From: an uncultured virus (IMG/VR IMGVR_UViG_3300034102_003702)
Taxonomy: Duplodnaviria; Heunggongvirae; Uroviricota; Caudoviricetes
Virus record (IMG/VR): IMGVR_UViG_3300034102_003702
Span: 54,384-74,383 of that record
DNA length: 20,000 bases
Direction: 5' to 3' (one strand)
A model generated the notes under the pieces. The model was not told the DNA's origin and made no database searches. It saw only the letters and a program-made list of their open reading frames with translations. Position 1 is the first letter of the stretch. Each line of letters opens with the position of its first letter. The position numbers were made by a program, and so were the translations under genes. This document shows, piece after piece, positions 1 through 9,400 of the stretch.

Positions 1-1
1 A

Positions 2-904
2 AAAGCACTTGAATATGGTCAAGAGTTTCTAAACGTATCTAAACCTTACTTTGATAGTTTTAGAATTCTTGCTTTTATTCGTTGTAGTCAAATTCTACTG
101 AATACGGGTGATATGCAACGAGGAATGAATTATGCATTCCACGCAGTTAGTGAAGGAATGAATATGGGAGGTTCTCATTTATCTCAAGCATTCCAATACT
201 TGTTTGAACTTTCTAAGAGATTGAATAATCCCAATCTTACAATCTTTGCAACTGGTTTCAATCCAGATATGCTTTCATCACCAGAAAGAATTGATGCGAT
301 TGATAAACTATTCTTAACCAATCTTGAAGATATTCCTTCTTGCTGGAGAGGTCACCGTAGATTTGCTGAGTGGTTAGTAACGCAAGTCAACCCAGAAGTA
401 ACTGTGGATCTTGGAGTTGATTGGGGATTCTCAACTTTCTGTTTTGCGATGCCTCGTATTGGACAAGTTTATGGTGTTGATACTTTTGAAGGAGACCAAT
501 TTACTGGCGGAAATCACGGATCTTATGAGTATGTTCTTAATAAGCAAGAGAAACTGTTTATGAATGACAATGTGACTTTCATCAAAGGACTTTTTGATGA
601 GGTTGCAAAGACTTGGGATAAGCAAATTGACATTCTTCATATTGATGGTGATCACGCATATGAATCAGTAAAGCACGATTATGAAACTTGGAGTCCATTT
701 GTAAAAGAAAATGGTGTGATACTATTCCACGATACTTGTATTGAAGAACTGAATGGAAATCAATATGGCGTGAAGAAATTCTTTGATGAACTTGATCTTC
801 CAAAAGTAACATTTACTCATACTTTTGGTCTTGGAGTTGCTTCAAAAAATAAGGATCTGATTGAGTTTATCAAGAATAACTTTGATTTGAATAATCCACT
901 ATGA
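2..904 (+). CDS. 5'-truncated protein: helical TPR-like region fused to a class I SAM-dependent methyltransferase (Methyltransf_24-like)
   Basis: The frame is open from base 2 (KALEYGQEFLNVSK...), so the true start lies upstream of the window, not at 113. The C-terminal part has VDLGVDWGFS (SAM motif I), GVDTFEGD, IDILHIDGDHAYESVKHD and GVILFHD, typical of Methyltransf_24. Confidence 0.8.
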   Translation, partial: KALEYGQEFLNVSKPYFDSFRILAFIRCSQILLNTGDMQRGMNYAFHAVSEGMNMGGSHLSQAFQYLFELSKRLNNPNLTIFATGFNPDMLSSPERIDAIDKLFLTNLEDIPSCWRGHRRFAEWLVTQVNPEVTVDLGVDWGFSTFCFAMPRIGQVYGVDTFEGDQFTGGNHGSYEYVLNKQEKLFMNDNVTFIKGLFDEVAKTWDKQIDILHIDGDHAYESVKHDYETWSPFVKENGVILFHDTCIEELNGNQYGVKKFFDELDLPKVTFTHTFGLGVASKNKDLIEFIKNNFDLNNPL

Positions 905-1257
905 AGTTAGTAGTTCCTATATCAGTTGGAGAACTTTTAGATAAGATTACTATCTTAGAAATCAAATCTATGTTCACCAATGATGAATATGTATCTAAAG
1001 AACTGAATGATTTGAATGTTATCCGTAGTACTATAACTTCTTATACTACGGATAATATGAATCAGTTAAGAGAGGTAAATAAAAAACTTTGGAAAATAGA
1101 AGATAGACTCAGAGAAAAAGAAAAATTACAACAGTTTGATGATGAATTTATTGAACTTGCTCGTAGTGTTTATATCACTAATGATGAACGAGCAAGAATT
1201 AAAAAAGAAGTTAATGAGTTGTGTAATTCTGATTACAGAGAAGTAAAGGTATACTAA
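901..1257 (+). CDS. DUF6165-like coiled-coil protein
   Basis: Motifs PISVGELLDKITILEIK, LWKIEDRLR, FIELARSVYITNDERARIK and EVKVY; ATGA overlap with the upstream gene. Confidence 0.75.
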   Translation: MKLVVPISVGELLDKITILEIKSMFTNDEYVSKELNDLNVIRSTITSYTTDNMNQLREVNKKLWKIEDRLREKEKLQQFDDEFIELARSVYITNDERARIKKEVNELCNSDYREVKVY

Positions 1258-1260
1258 ATA
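1253..1260 (+). promoter_or_regulatory. T4-like late promoter (ACTAAATA)
   Basis: Variant of TATAAATA overlapping the stop codon, 21 nt before the ATG at 1282. Confidence 0.6.
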
Positions 1261-1281
1261 TTTAAAAATATATTCAATCTA

Positions 1282-1617
1282 ATGGCAGCAGTAAGTGCAG
1301 TTAATCTCACAATACATAAAGGTACTTATTTTGAGGAAACTTTTCAGTTAGCTGCTGAAGATAATAGTGGATTGAATTTAACTAACAATATTGCGACTGC
1401 TAAATTAAGAAAGCATCCGTCGTCACCTACTTCACATACATTCAGTACAACTCTTACTGTTGCAGATAGCACAGTAAAAATTTCGATGGGATCTACAATT
1501 ACTGCAGCACTTCCAAGTGGTAGATGTTATTATGATGTAATTTTGACTACTAGTGGTGGAATGATTTCAAAAGTAGTTGAAGGAAATGTAATCGTAGAGG
1601 AGACTGCTTCCGTATGA
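1282..1617 (+). CDS. Small virion structural beta-sandwich protein (LtfC/p132/BppU-like fibre attachment or baseplate domain)
   Basis: Pattern NLTIHKGTYFEETF...LNLT...AKLRKH...TAALPSGRCYYDV...KVVEGNVIV resembles a small structural family common in cyanomyophages. Confidence 0.6.
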   Translation: MAAVSAVNLTIHKGTYFEETFQLAAEDNSGLNLTNNIATAKLRKHPSSPTSHTFSTTLTVADSTVKISMGSTITAALPSGRCYYDVILTTSGGMISKVVEGNVIVEETASV

Positions 1618-1913
1618 CTTACCAAGTAAGAGTTGCAGGTAGAGGAACTAACATCAAAACAACAGTAGCTTCGGGGGTAATTATGGCAAGAAACCTAAGC
1701 GAACTTTTGGATGTTGATATCGTTGGAAAAAGTGACAAGTATGTATTAATGTATGATAATGCAACTAAAAAATGGACTGCGGTAAATCCAGATGAAGTTT
1801 TATCTGCAGCATCAACAACTGAGACGACTCAACCGGGTCTTCCTACTAATTTTGTTGACGAACTTGATGTAGACCTAGATGATAAAATTGATCTTGATGC
1901 AGGAAGTTTTTGA
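1614..1913 (+). CDS. Small tail-fibre-associated protein (alternative start at MARNL, ~1683)
   Basis: LSELLDVD...YVLMYDNATKKWTA fibre-type motif; ends DLDAGSF; ATGA overlap with the upstream gene. Confidence 0.6.
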   Translation: MTYQVRVAGRGTNIKTTVASGVIMARNLSELLDVDIVGKSDKYVLMYDNATKKWTAVNPDEVLSAASTTETTQPGLPTNFVDELDVDLDDKIDLDAGSF

Positions 1914-1916
1914 ATC

Positions 1917-1924
1917 AATAAATA
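1917..1924 (+). promoter_or_regulatory. T4-like late promoter (AATAAATA)
   Basis: Intergenic, 22 nt before the ATG at 1947. Confidence 0.7.
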
Positions 1925-1946
1925 ATAAAAAAAGAGTATAAAGAAG

Positions 1947-3989
1947 ATGGCAGCTCCTGTTTTACAGTTTAAGAGAGGTCTTCTTGCTAATCTTCCCGGT
2001 TTAAGGGTAGGTGAACCTGGTTTTACAACTGATTCATACGACCTTTATGTAGGTATTGATAGTTCTGCAAATAATAATAAGTTCTTTGGTTCTCATAGAT
2101 ATTGGACCAAAGGAACTGCTTCTACAGGTAGCGGCGTAAATCTTGTAGAAGGAACTTCAAATGGCACTTCATATATCACACTAAAGTCACCAGATTCTCT
2201 TGCTGGAATTGTAACTTATACACTTCCAGCAACTCCGGTAAATGGTGATGTTCTCACAACAGATGCTAATGGTGTTCTTTCTTGGACATCAGCTCTAGAT
2301 GAATTAGCAATTACTAATCTTGTAAGTGGGATTGGAACTTTTTCAAACAATGTTGCTTTTACTACTACTACTGACAATACTCTTGGTGATGTTAATACTG
2401 GTGCGGTTCAAATTGATGGTGGAGTAGGAATTGCCAAAAATGTAACTATTGGTGCAGGTCTTTCTGTTACTGGACAATCACATTTTATTGGTACGGCAAC
2501 ATTTTATGGTGGGCAGATTAACCTTGGTGATAGTGACACTGACGATATTGTAGTTGCTGGAGAATTTAAGTCTAACTTAATTCCAAGTGATGATGCAACT
2601 TATAATCTTGGAAATATATCAAAGAGATGGAATAATGCATCCTTTGCCGGAGTAGGTACATTTGCTACGGGAGCAGTTGTTGATGCTGTTCAGATTGGTA
2701 TTAGTAATGGCAATACAATTGATACTACAATAGGAAAATTAACTCTTAATTCTATAATTGGACTTGTAGAAGTCGCACAACATCTTGATGTTCTTGGTGA
2801 TTTAGATGTAACTGGTAATGTTTATATTGGCGGAACAACAGTTACTCTTCGCGGAACTGATGTCTTTATCGAGAACAAAGATATTGTTCTTGGTTATACA
2901 ACGACCTCTACACCAAATGACACAACTGCAAATCACGCAGGTGTTGCAATTGCATCAACGGAAGGAACTCCATTAGCAAACTTTGATGCTTCTGGAATTA
3001 ATACTCTTCCAAGCACATACAAGCAAATGATGTGGTTCAAGAGTGGAACTCTTGGATTCAGCACTGATGCATTTGGTTTTAACTATGGTGTTGCGATTGG
3101 AACCACAACAATGGCGAATGGAGTTCGCCTGGCCGTTGGTTCTGGTGTTACTGTTAGTGATACTTCAGTATCTGCTACAACCTTCTACGGTTCTGTAGTT
3201 GGTAATGTTTCTTCTGCAGACCAAGTTAAGACGGTAGATGCGGGTAGTGCAAATGCAGATTATTATCTAACCTTTGTAAATTCAAATAATGGTTCTTCAA
3301 CCAATGAGATTGTTTATACTGATGATGGCGTTTACTACAATCCAGGTACAAATACTTTTACGACACAATATGGACGTTTTACTGGTAATTTGATAGTTGA
3401 TGGTGATATTAAAGTTGGTGGTAATGATATCCAGGCAAGTGATGGCACAACTGCCATTACTTTAAGTGGTGCAGATGTAACTATTGCTGGTGATTTGCAA
3501 ATTACTGGTAATGATATTAAATCAAGCACCGGTGCTACAGCTATTACTCTTGCGGCAAATGATGTTACAATTGCCGATGACTTAACTGTTCAAGGTAATC
3601 TTTATGTAAATGGAAGCACGACTCAAGTTAATACAACTGCATTAACTGTAGAAGATCGTACTATTGAACTTGGTCGTGTTGATGGAGCTGTTCCATCGTC
3701 ATCAACTACTTGGGACCTTGGAGTTCTCTTTAATTATAATGCATCAGGTGCCAAGAAGTCCGCTGTTGTTTGGGAACATTCTGCAACAAGATTCCAGTTT
3801 GCAAGTGTTCTTGGTTCTGATACTGATGGTACTGATGTAAACACTCCTCAACTTTCAGTAACTACCTTTGCTCCTATTGAAATTGGTTCTCTGTGGGTGA
3901 CTGACTGTGCAGGAACATCTCAAGTTATTTCTTGCACTGGAACAACAAGAAATCTTGAGAACATTACGATTGATGCTGGAACTTTTTGA
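1947..3989 (+). CDS. Tail fibre protein, 680 aa (Mtd_N/gp37-like N-terminus, beta-rich repeats)
   Basis: N-terminus VLQFKRG...LRVGEPGFTTDSYDLYVG; G/T/S/N/V-rich; repeated GDLxVxGN motifs; VLTTDANGVLSW; ends IDAGTF. Confidence 0.75.
   Translation: MAAPVLQFKRGLLANLPGLRVGEPGFTTDSYDLYVGIDSSANNNKFFGSHRYWTKGTASTGSGVNLVEGTSNGTSYITLKSPDSLAGIVTYTLPATPVNGDVLTTDANGVLSWTSALDELAITNLVSGIGTFSNNVAFTTTTDNTLGDVNTGAVQIDGGVGIAKNVTIGAGLSVTGQSHFIGTATFYGGQINLGDSDTDDIVVAGEFKSNLIPSDDATYNLGNISKRWNNASFAGVGTFATGAVVDAVQIGISNGNTIDTTIGKLTLNSIIGLVEVAQHLDVLGDLDVTGNVYIGGTTVTLRGTDVFIENKDIVLGYTTTSTPNDTTANHAGVAIASTEGTPLANFDASGINTLPSTYKQMMWFKSGTLGFSTDAFGFNYGVAIGTTTMANGVRLAVGSGVTVSDTSVSATTFYGSVVGNVSSADQVKTVDAGSANADYYLTFVNSNNGSSTNEIVYTDDGVYYNPGTNTFTTQYGRFTGNLIVDGDIKVGGNDIQASDGTTAITLSGADVTIAGDLQITGNDIKSSTGATAITLAANDVTIADDLTVQGNLYVNGSTTQVNTTALTVEDRTIELGRVDGAVPSSSTTWDLGVLFNYNASGAKKSAVVWEHSATRFQFASVLGSDTDGTDVNTPQLSVTTFAPIEIGSLWVTDCAGTSQVISCTGTTRNLENITIDAGTF
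3402..3575 (+). repeat. Two tandem 87-bp (29-aa) coding repeats
   Basis: GDIKVGGNDIQASDGTTAITLSGADVTIA and GDLQITGNDIKSSTGATAITLAANDVTIA. Confidence 0.85.
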
Positions 3990-4005
3990 AGTTTAACTGA
4001 AAACT

Positions 4006-4013
4006 AATAAATA
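4006..4013 (+). promoter_or_regulatory. T4-like late promoter (AATAAATA) overlapping the 5' arm of a terminator
   Basis: Motif match 25 nt before the ATG at 4039. Confidence 0.65.
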
Positions 4014-4038
4014 GACCCAGAGATGGGTCTATTTTTTT
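4009..4038 (+). terminator. Rho-independent terminator with GNRA tetraloop
   Basis: AAATAGACCCA-GAGA-TGGGTCTATTT followed by further Ts up to 4038. Confidence 0.8.
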
Positions 4039-4224
4039 ATGAGTGAAGAAGATTTGAAGTTGGTTCTTTCAAAGTATCAACAAAAAACTTTTGAGTTATT
4101 CAATCAAAATATCGTATTAGAAACTCAAGTAGAAAAACTCAATATTACAGTAAGTGATTTGAGTGCAGAAATTGAGAAACTGAAGAAACCAAAAAGAGGA
4201 ACAAAAACAGAAGAAGATTTTTGA
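4039..4224 (+). CDS. Small coiled-coil protein, 61 aa (possible fibre assembly chaperone)
   Basis: Heptad pattern LFNQNIVLETQVEKLNITVSDLSAEIEKLK; lies between two fibre genes with its own late promoter. Function is inferred. Confidence 0.65.
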   Translation: MSEEDLKLVLSKYQQKTFELFNQNIVLETQVEKLNITVSDLSAEIEKLKKPKRGTKTEEDF

Positions 4225-4230
4225 TAAATA
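4223..4230 (+). promoter_or_regulatory. T4-like late promoter (GATAAATA)
   Basis: Motif overlaps the stop of the 61-aa ORF; a GAGGA ribosome-binding site precedes the ATG at 4285. Confidence 0.65.
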
Positions 4231-4235
4231 ATAGA

Positions 4236-4267
4236 AACTCTTATATAAGAGTTCTACGGTATATACC
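4236..4267. repeat. Two adjacent perfect palindromes with TATATA cores in the leader of the 620-aa gene
   Basis: AACTCTTATATAAGAGTT (4236-4253) and GGTATATACC (4258-4267). Confidence 0.8.
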
Positions 4268-4284
4268 ATCAATGAGAGGATTGA

Positions 4285-6147
4285 ATGGCGGATCCAAATA
4301 TTAAGATAAAAAGGTCAGCAGTTCCCGGTAAATCGCCGCAGGTAAGTGATTTGCCTTTGGGAGAACTTGGGCTTAATACATATGATGCAGAGTTATATGC
4401 CCGTAGAGAAAGAGCAGGTATCGGCACCGATATTGTAAGACTTGGTGCTGGAGCAACAGTTACTAATATACTTTATGTTACGCAAGATGGAAGCGACACC
4501 AATACAGGAAAAAAACTTGGAGACGCAAAAAGAACAATCGGAGCAGCACTTACAACAGCAACAACAGGAACAGTTATTAAAATTAGTGCTGGATCTTATC
4601 TAGAAAATAATCCTCTCACTATTCCAGAGCAAGTATCAATTGTTGGAGATAGTTTAAGAGAAGTATCAGTATCTCCACAGAATGCAAATCAAGACTTGTT
4701 CTATGTTTCTAATGGAAATTATATTGCAGAGATGTCTTATACAGGCACTCTGAATTCTGGTAAAGCAATCTTTGCATTCAATCCAACTCAAGTAGGATAT
4801 TTCAATCAGTCACCTTATATACAGAACTGCACTAACTTTATTCCAAACAGTATTGGACTAAAGATTGATGGATCAAAGGCAATAGGACCATTAAAGTCAA
4901 TGGTCCTAGATTCTTATACACAATACAATCAGGGTGGTATTGGTTGCTCAATTACCAATGAAGGTTATGCCCAGTTAGTATCACTATTTACAATTTGCAA
5001 TGAGACTGCAGTTTATTGTGGTTCTGGTGCTGCTTGTGATTTAACAAACTCCAACTCTTCATTTGGAAATTATGCACTAGTTGCTGATGGAAGAGGTCCC
5101 CTTAAATATACTGGTATTGTTACCAGTGCATCTGCAGAGAATTCAGATACTTTTGTTCTAGATTTAAATGTCCCAACTTTAAATGTAACAAATGCTTCTT
5201 ATAATAATGTAACTGGATTAACCACCATTACGGTAGGTTCAAATCATAACTTCAATGTTGGAATGGGAGTTTCGATTGTTGGACTTGCATTTACTTGTTC
5301 TTCTGGTCCAGGAATTGTAACTTATCCCTCAGGAAATAAAGGATATATTTTTGAGGTTGCAGGAGTTCCTTCACCAACTTCTTTTGAAGTTTATGTCGGA
5401 GTTTCTACTTTATCACATACTTATCAGTCAGGCGGAATAGTAAAAATAAATGTAGTAAGACCTTTTGACGGTCAAGTGATTTACTTTGATACTCTTTATT
5501 ATACTGTTGGTGGAGTAACTGTAAGTTCTGGTGGAACAGGTTACTCCCAGAATGTTGATATTACTTTTGACAATCCTTCTACGCCTTGGGGAATTCCTGC
5601 AACTGCCGTAGGAGAAGTTAAAAATGGTTCTGTAACTTCTGTTGAAATGGTCTCAAATGGTCGTGGTTATACAACGGCACCAGTACTAACCTTCAATTCT
5701 CCCGATGTTGGAATAAATTCGGCAACAGGAACAGCAAATCTTGTTCCGTCTTATTACGTAATACAATCATCAACACCAATTTCTGCTGGAATCTGTACTA
5801 TAACTATTACTGATAATGTTCCTTATGCAATTGGCGTTGGAACAACAGTTCCTTTCTTTAAGCAAAGTAGAGTATTAGCATCGGGACATTCTCTTGAATA
5901 TATTGGTTCGGGAACAAACATTGCAGCTGCACTTCCACAAAATGGTGGTGTACCAATTCAAGGAAATGAAACTGATTCTCTCAATGGTGGTCTTGTAGTA
6001 TTTACTTCAACTGACCAATCTGGTAATTTTAGAATTGGTGATGGTGTTGTAATTAATCAGCAAACAGGAACCATTAGTGGAACATTCTATTCTAAGAGTT
6101 TGTTTTCAACAATGACACCATTCATACTCGCACTAGGAGGAGATTAA
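4285..6147 (+). CDS. Tail fibre/spike protein, 620 aa (T4 gp37-like N-terminus, probable pectin-lyase-like beta-helix)
   Basis: IKIKRSAVPGKSP...LPLGELGLNTYDAEL resembles the T4 gp37 N-terminus (recalled as IQFKRSK.AG.RP...LAEGELAIN). LYVTQDGSDTNTG...KRTIGAAL...IKISAGSYLE resembles a beta-helix cap. Also VxSGGTGY/GRGYTTAP repeats. Confidence 0.7.
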   Translation: MADPNIKIKRSAVPGKSPQVSDLPLGELGLNTYDAELYARRERAGIGTDIVRLGAGATVTNILYVTQDGSDTNTGKKLGDAKRTIGAALTTATTGTVIKISAGSYLENNPLTIPEQVSIVGDSLREVSVSPQNANQDLFYVSNGNYIAEMSYTGTLNSGKAIFAFNPTQVGYFNQSPYIQNCTNFIPNSIGLKIDGSKAIGPLKSMVLDSYTQYNQGGIGCSITNEGYAQLVSLFTICNETAVYCGSGAACDLTNSNSSFGNYALVADGRGPLKYTGIVTSASAENSDTFVLDLNVPTLNVTNASYNNVTGLTTITVGSNHNFNVGMGVSIVGLAFTCSSGPGIVTYPSGNKGYIFEVAGVPSPTSFEVYVGVSTLSHTYQSGGIVKINVVRPFDGQVIYFDTLYYTVGGVTVSSGGTGYSQNVDITFDNPSTPWGIPATAVGEVKNGSVTSVEMVSNGRGYTTAPVLTFNSPDVGINSATGTANLVPSYYVIQSSTPISAGICTITITDNVPYAIGVGTTVPFFKQSRVLASGHSLEYIGSGTNIAAALPQNGGVPIQGNETDSLNGGLVVFTSTDQSGNFRIGDGVVINQQTGTISGTFYSKSLFSTMTPFILALGGD

Positions 6148-6151
6148 TCAA

Positions 6152-6481
6152 ATGGCACTAGCACTTAACGTATTCAAGACAGTTACTACAGTTGTAAATA
6201 CAAATCCAACAGAGGTTTATTCGGCACCTGTCGGATATACGGGTGTCGTCCTTTTAGCGCAAGTTGCAAATATTGGAGTAATTTCTGCAGATGTAACTTT
6301 AGTTCATCGTAGAAGTTCTACTGATACTGAAATGTTAAGGGAATATCCAATCTCAGCAAATGATACTGCAAATCTTCTAGCAGGAAAATTAGTATTAGAA
6401 AGTGGAGATAAATTAGTTCTATCAGGTAGTAATGGAATTACTTTGAAGTTTATTGCAAGTATTCTAGAAACACTTAACTAA
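6152..6481 (+). CDS. Small beta-rich virion structural/fibre adaptor protein
   Basis: NVFKT...VYSAP...QVANI...GKLVLESGDKL...SILE pattern; GGAGG ribosome-binding site upstream. Confidence 0.6.
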   Translation: MALALNVFKTVTTVVNTNPTEVYSAPVGYTGVVLLAQVANIGVISADVTLVHRRSSTDTEMLREYPISANDTANLLAGKLVLESGDKLVLSGSNGITLKFIASILETLN

Positions 6482-6490
6482 TATAAAGAA

Positions 6491-9400
6491 ATGGCAAAGT
6501 TCATCAGTAATCGTCAAAAAAATCTTAAGATTGGTATTAGTTCATATACCGAAAGTCAGACAGTGCTTGAGGTTACTGGTAAGGTTGGTATTGGAAACAC
6601 AAATGCAACACAAGAATTAGATGTTGATGGAAATGTTAGAATTCGTGGTGCAATCTACGATAATAATAATAGTCCCGGAAATAATACATATGTTCCTGTT
6701 GCAGATGGTAGTGGTGGTTGGAGTTGGCAACCAGTTACTCAAGCAGGTGCAGGAACTCTTGATGGCATTGTAGTAAGAGAAGAAGGAAATATTGTAGGAA
6801 CTGCTGGTAGCGTAACAAATTTAGACTTTAGAGGAAATAACATAATTGCTATTTCCACTACTGGAGGTGCTATTGCAACGATAAGGGTTTCCGATACTCC
6901 AACATTCAATAGTTTGACGGTTTCTGGAATTTCTACATTTAATGGATTAGTAGAACTTGATAGTTCTTTAAGAGACTTTTATGGAAATGTAGGTGCTGCA
7001 GGTAGTGTTTTAATTGCTATTGGAGCTGGTGTTTCTTGGGCGGCGCCGGCATCTGTAGGAACGCAAGGTATTCAAGGAACTCAAGGCACTCAAGGTATTC
7101 AAGGCACTCAAGGACTTCAGGGTACTCAGGGAACTCAAGGTGTCCAAGGAACTCAAGGTATCCAAGGAACTCAAGGTATCCAAGGCATTCAAGGATCCAC
7201 AGGCACTCAAGGTACTCAAGGAACCCAAGGCATCCAAGGAACTCAAGGTATCCAAGGAACTACTGGAACTCAAGGAACTGATGGAACTCAAGGAACCCAA
7301 GGTACTCAAGGTGTCCAAGGTACTCAAGGTATCCAAGGAACTACTGGAACTCAAGGAACTGATGGAACTCAAGGAACCCAAGGTACTCAAGGAACCCAAG
7401 GCATCCAAGGAACTCAAGGTATCCAAGGAACTACTGGAACTCAAGGAACTCAAGGAACCCAAGGTACTCAAGGTGTCCAAGGTACTCAAGGTATCCAAGG
7501 AACTACTGGAACTCAAGGAACTGATGGAACTCAAGGAACCCAAGGTACTCAAGGTGTCCAAGGTACTCAAGGTATCCAAGGTATCCAAGGAATTACTGGA
7601 ACTCAAGGTGTTCAAGGAACTCAAGGTATTCAAGGTGTCCAAGGTACTCAAGGTATCCAAGGAACTACTGGAACTCAAGGAACTCAAGGAACTCAAGGAA
7701 CTGATGGAACTCAAGGTACTCAAGGTACTCAAGGTATTCAAGGTGTCCAAGGTACTCAAGGTATTCAAGGTGTCACAGGTCCAGTAGCAGGTTCTGCCAA
7801 TCAAATTGTTTATAAAGATGGATCAAATAATCCTACCGGGTCTACCAATTTAACTTTTGATGGTTCTAATCTTTATGTTGGTGGAAATATCACAATTGGG
7901 GGTACATCATCATATATTATATCTAACGAACTTAGAATCAAAGATAAGGATCTTGTAGTTGGTATTGTTACCGATGGTCTTGGTAATGATACCTCTACAG
8001 ATACAACAGCTAACACGGGTGGTATTGCAATTGCATCCACAGAAGGTAGTCCATTAGTTAGTTTAAGTTCTGCTGGAGAAGTAACACCAGATACCTATAA
8101 GCAGTTAATGTGGTTTAAGTCTGGTTCCTTTACTGGTCTCAATACTGATGCTTGGATATTTAATTATGGTGTTGGTATTGGTTCTACACAAATTCCATTA
8201 GGAGTTAGACTTGCTGCTGGAGGAATGCAGGTTACTGATTCTACAGTAAGCACTCCACAATTGAGTGTTTCTGGGAGTTCTACATTCACTAACGGACCTG
8301 TATTAATAGGTTCAGCAACATCAACAGGAACAGCAGATCAAGATCTTCAAGTTACTGGTGGTGCTTATGTTTCTGGTTCTGTTGGAATAGGAACCACAAA
8401 TGCAACAACAAAATTACAAGTTAATGGAACCACAAAGGTAGAAACTTCAATAGGAAGCACTCAATCAGTTTGGTTCAATACATTAGACAGTAAGAGTTAT
8501 ACTGCACAAAATGTTTCTTTATTAGTTCAACCAGAAACTGTATATAGTTTTGATGCTTCTCAAACTGCTTTTAGATCTTATGAACCAGCAATATTCAGTT
8601 CTGCATTAACTTCTGCAAATGGAAGTTATAATTCAACTCTATATGGACTTGATAACCTTACTAATGTTGCAGGAACTTCATCTGCTGCAAGACTTACTGG
8701 AATTGGATTTTATAATTATGTTGCTAGAAACAGCACCACTGATGTTTCTTCTTATGCATCTAATTTGCTTTATGGAATTTCTAACATCGTTTTTCAAGGA
8801 TCTAATGTAGACCAATCTGTTGTAACTGGATTTGCGTATGGAAATCGTAATCTTGTAGGAGTCCAAAAAGCAACTGCAACTACCATTTATGGAAATTTTA
8901 CTACAACAAATATTGGTGCAACAGCAAACTACTCTGCATCATCAACCAGTGCATATGGTCATTATAACCTTATGCAGGTTGGTGCTGCATCAGGAACTGG
9001 TATTGGAACTCTCACCAATTACTATGGATATTATGGAGCACCAACAGTAGCACTTACAGGACAACTTACAAATTATTATGGTGTATATCTAGCAACTCCA
9101 ATTGTAAATGGAACTCTAACCAACCGTTATTCCATTTATAGTTCTGATACATCTTCACAGATGTATCACGCAGGTTCTATTGGAATAGGAACCACAAATC
9201 CAACATCAAAACTTACGGTTCAAGGTGATGTAAGAGTTTCTGGTGCTTCTACATTTGTTGGATTAGTAGAACTTGATAGTTCTTTAAGAGACTTTTATGG
9301 AAATGTAGGTGCTGCAGGTAGTGTTTTAATTGCTACTGGTGCTGGTGTTTCTTGGACAACTCCATTTGCTGCCGGAATTCAAGGTGTCCAAGGAACTCAA

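Noticed and set aside
113..115. ATG at 113 as the start of the first gene
   Set aside because: The frame is open back to the window edge with protein-like sequence.
7010..7804. Alternative-frame and antisense ORFs over collagen tract 1 (264, 215 and 81 aa)
   Set aside because: They arise because the 9-bp repeat lacks stops in other frames; they begin and end with the repeat.
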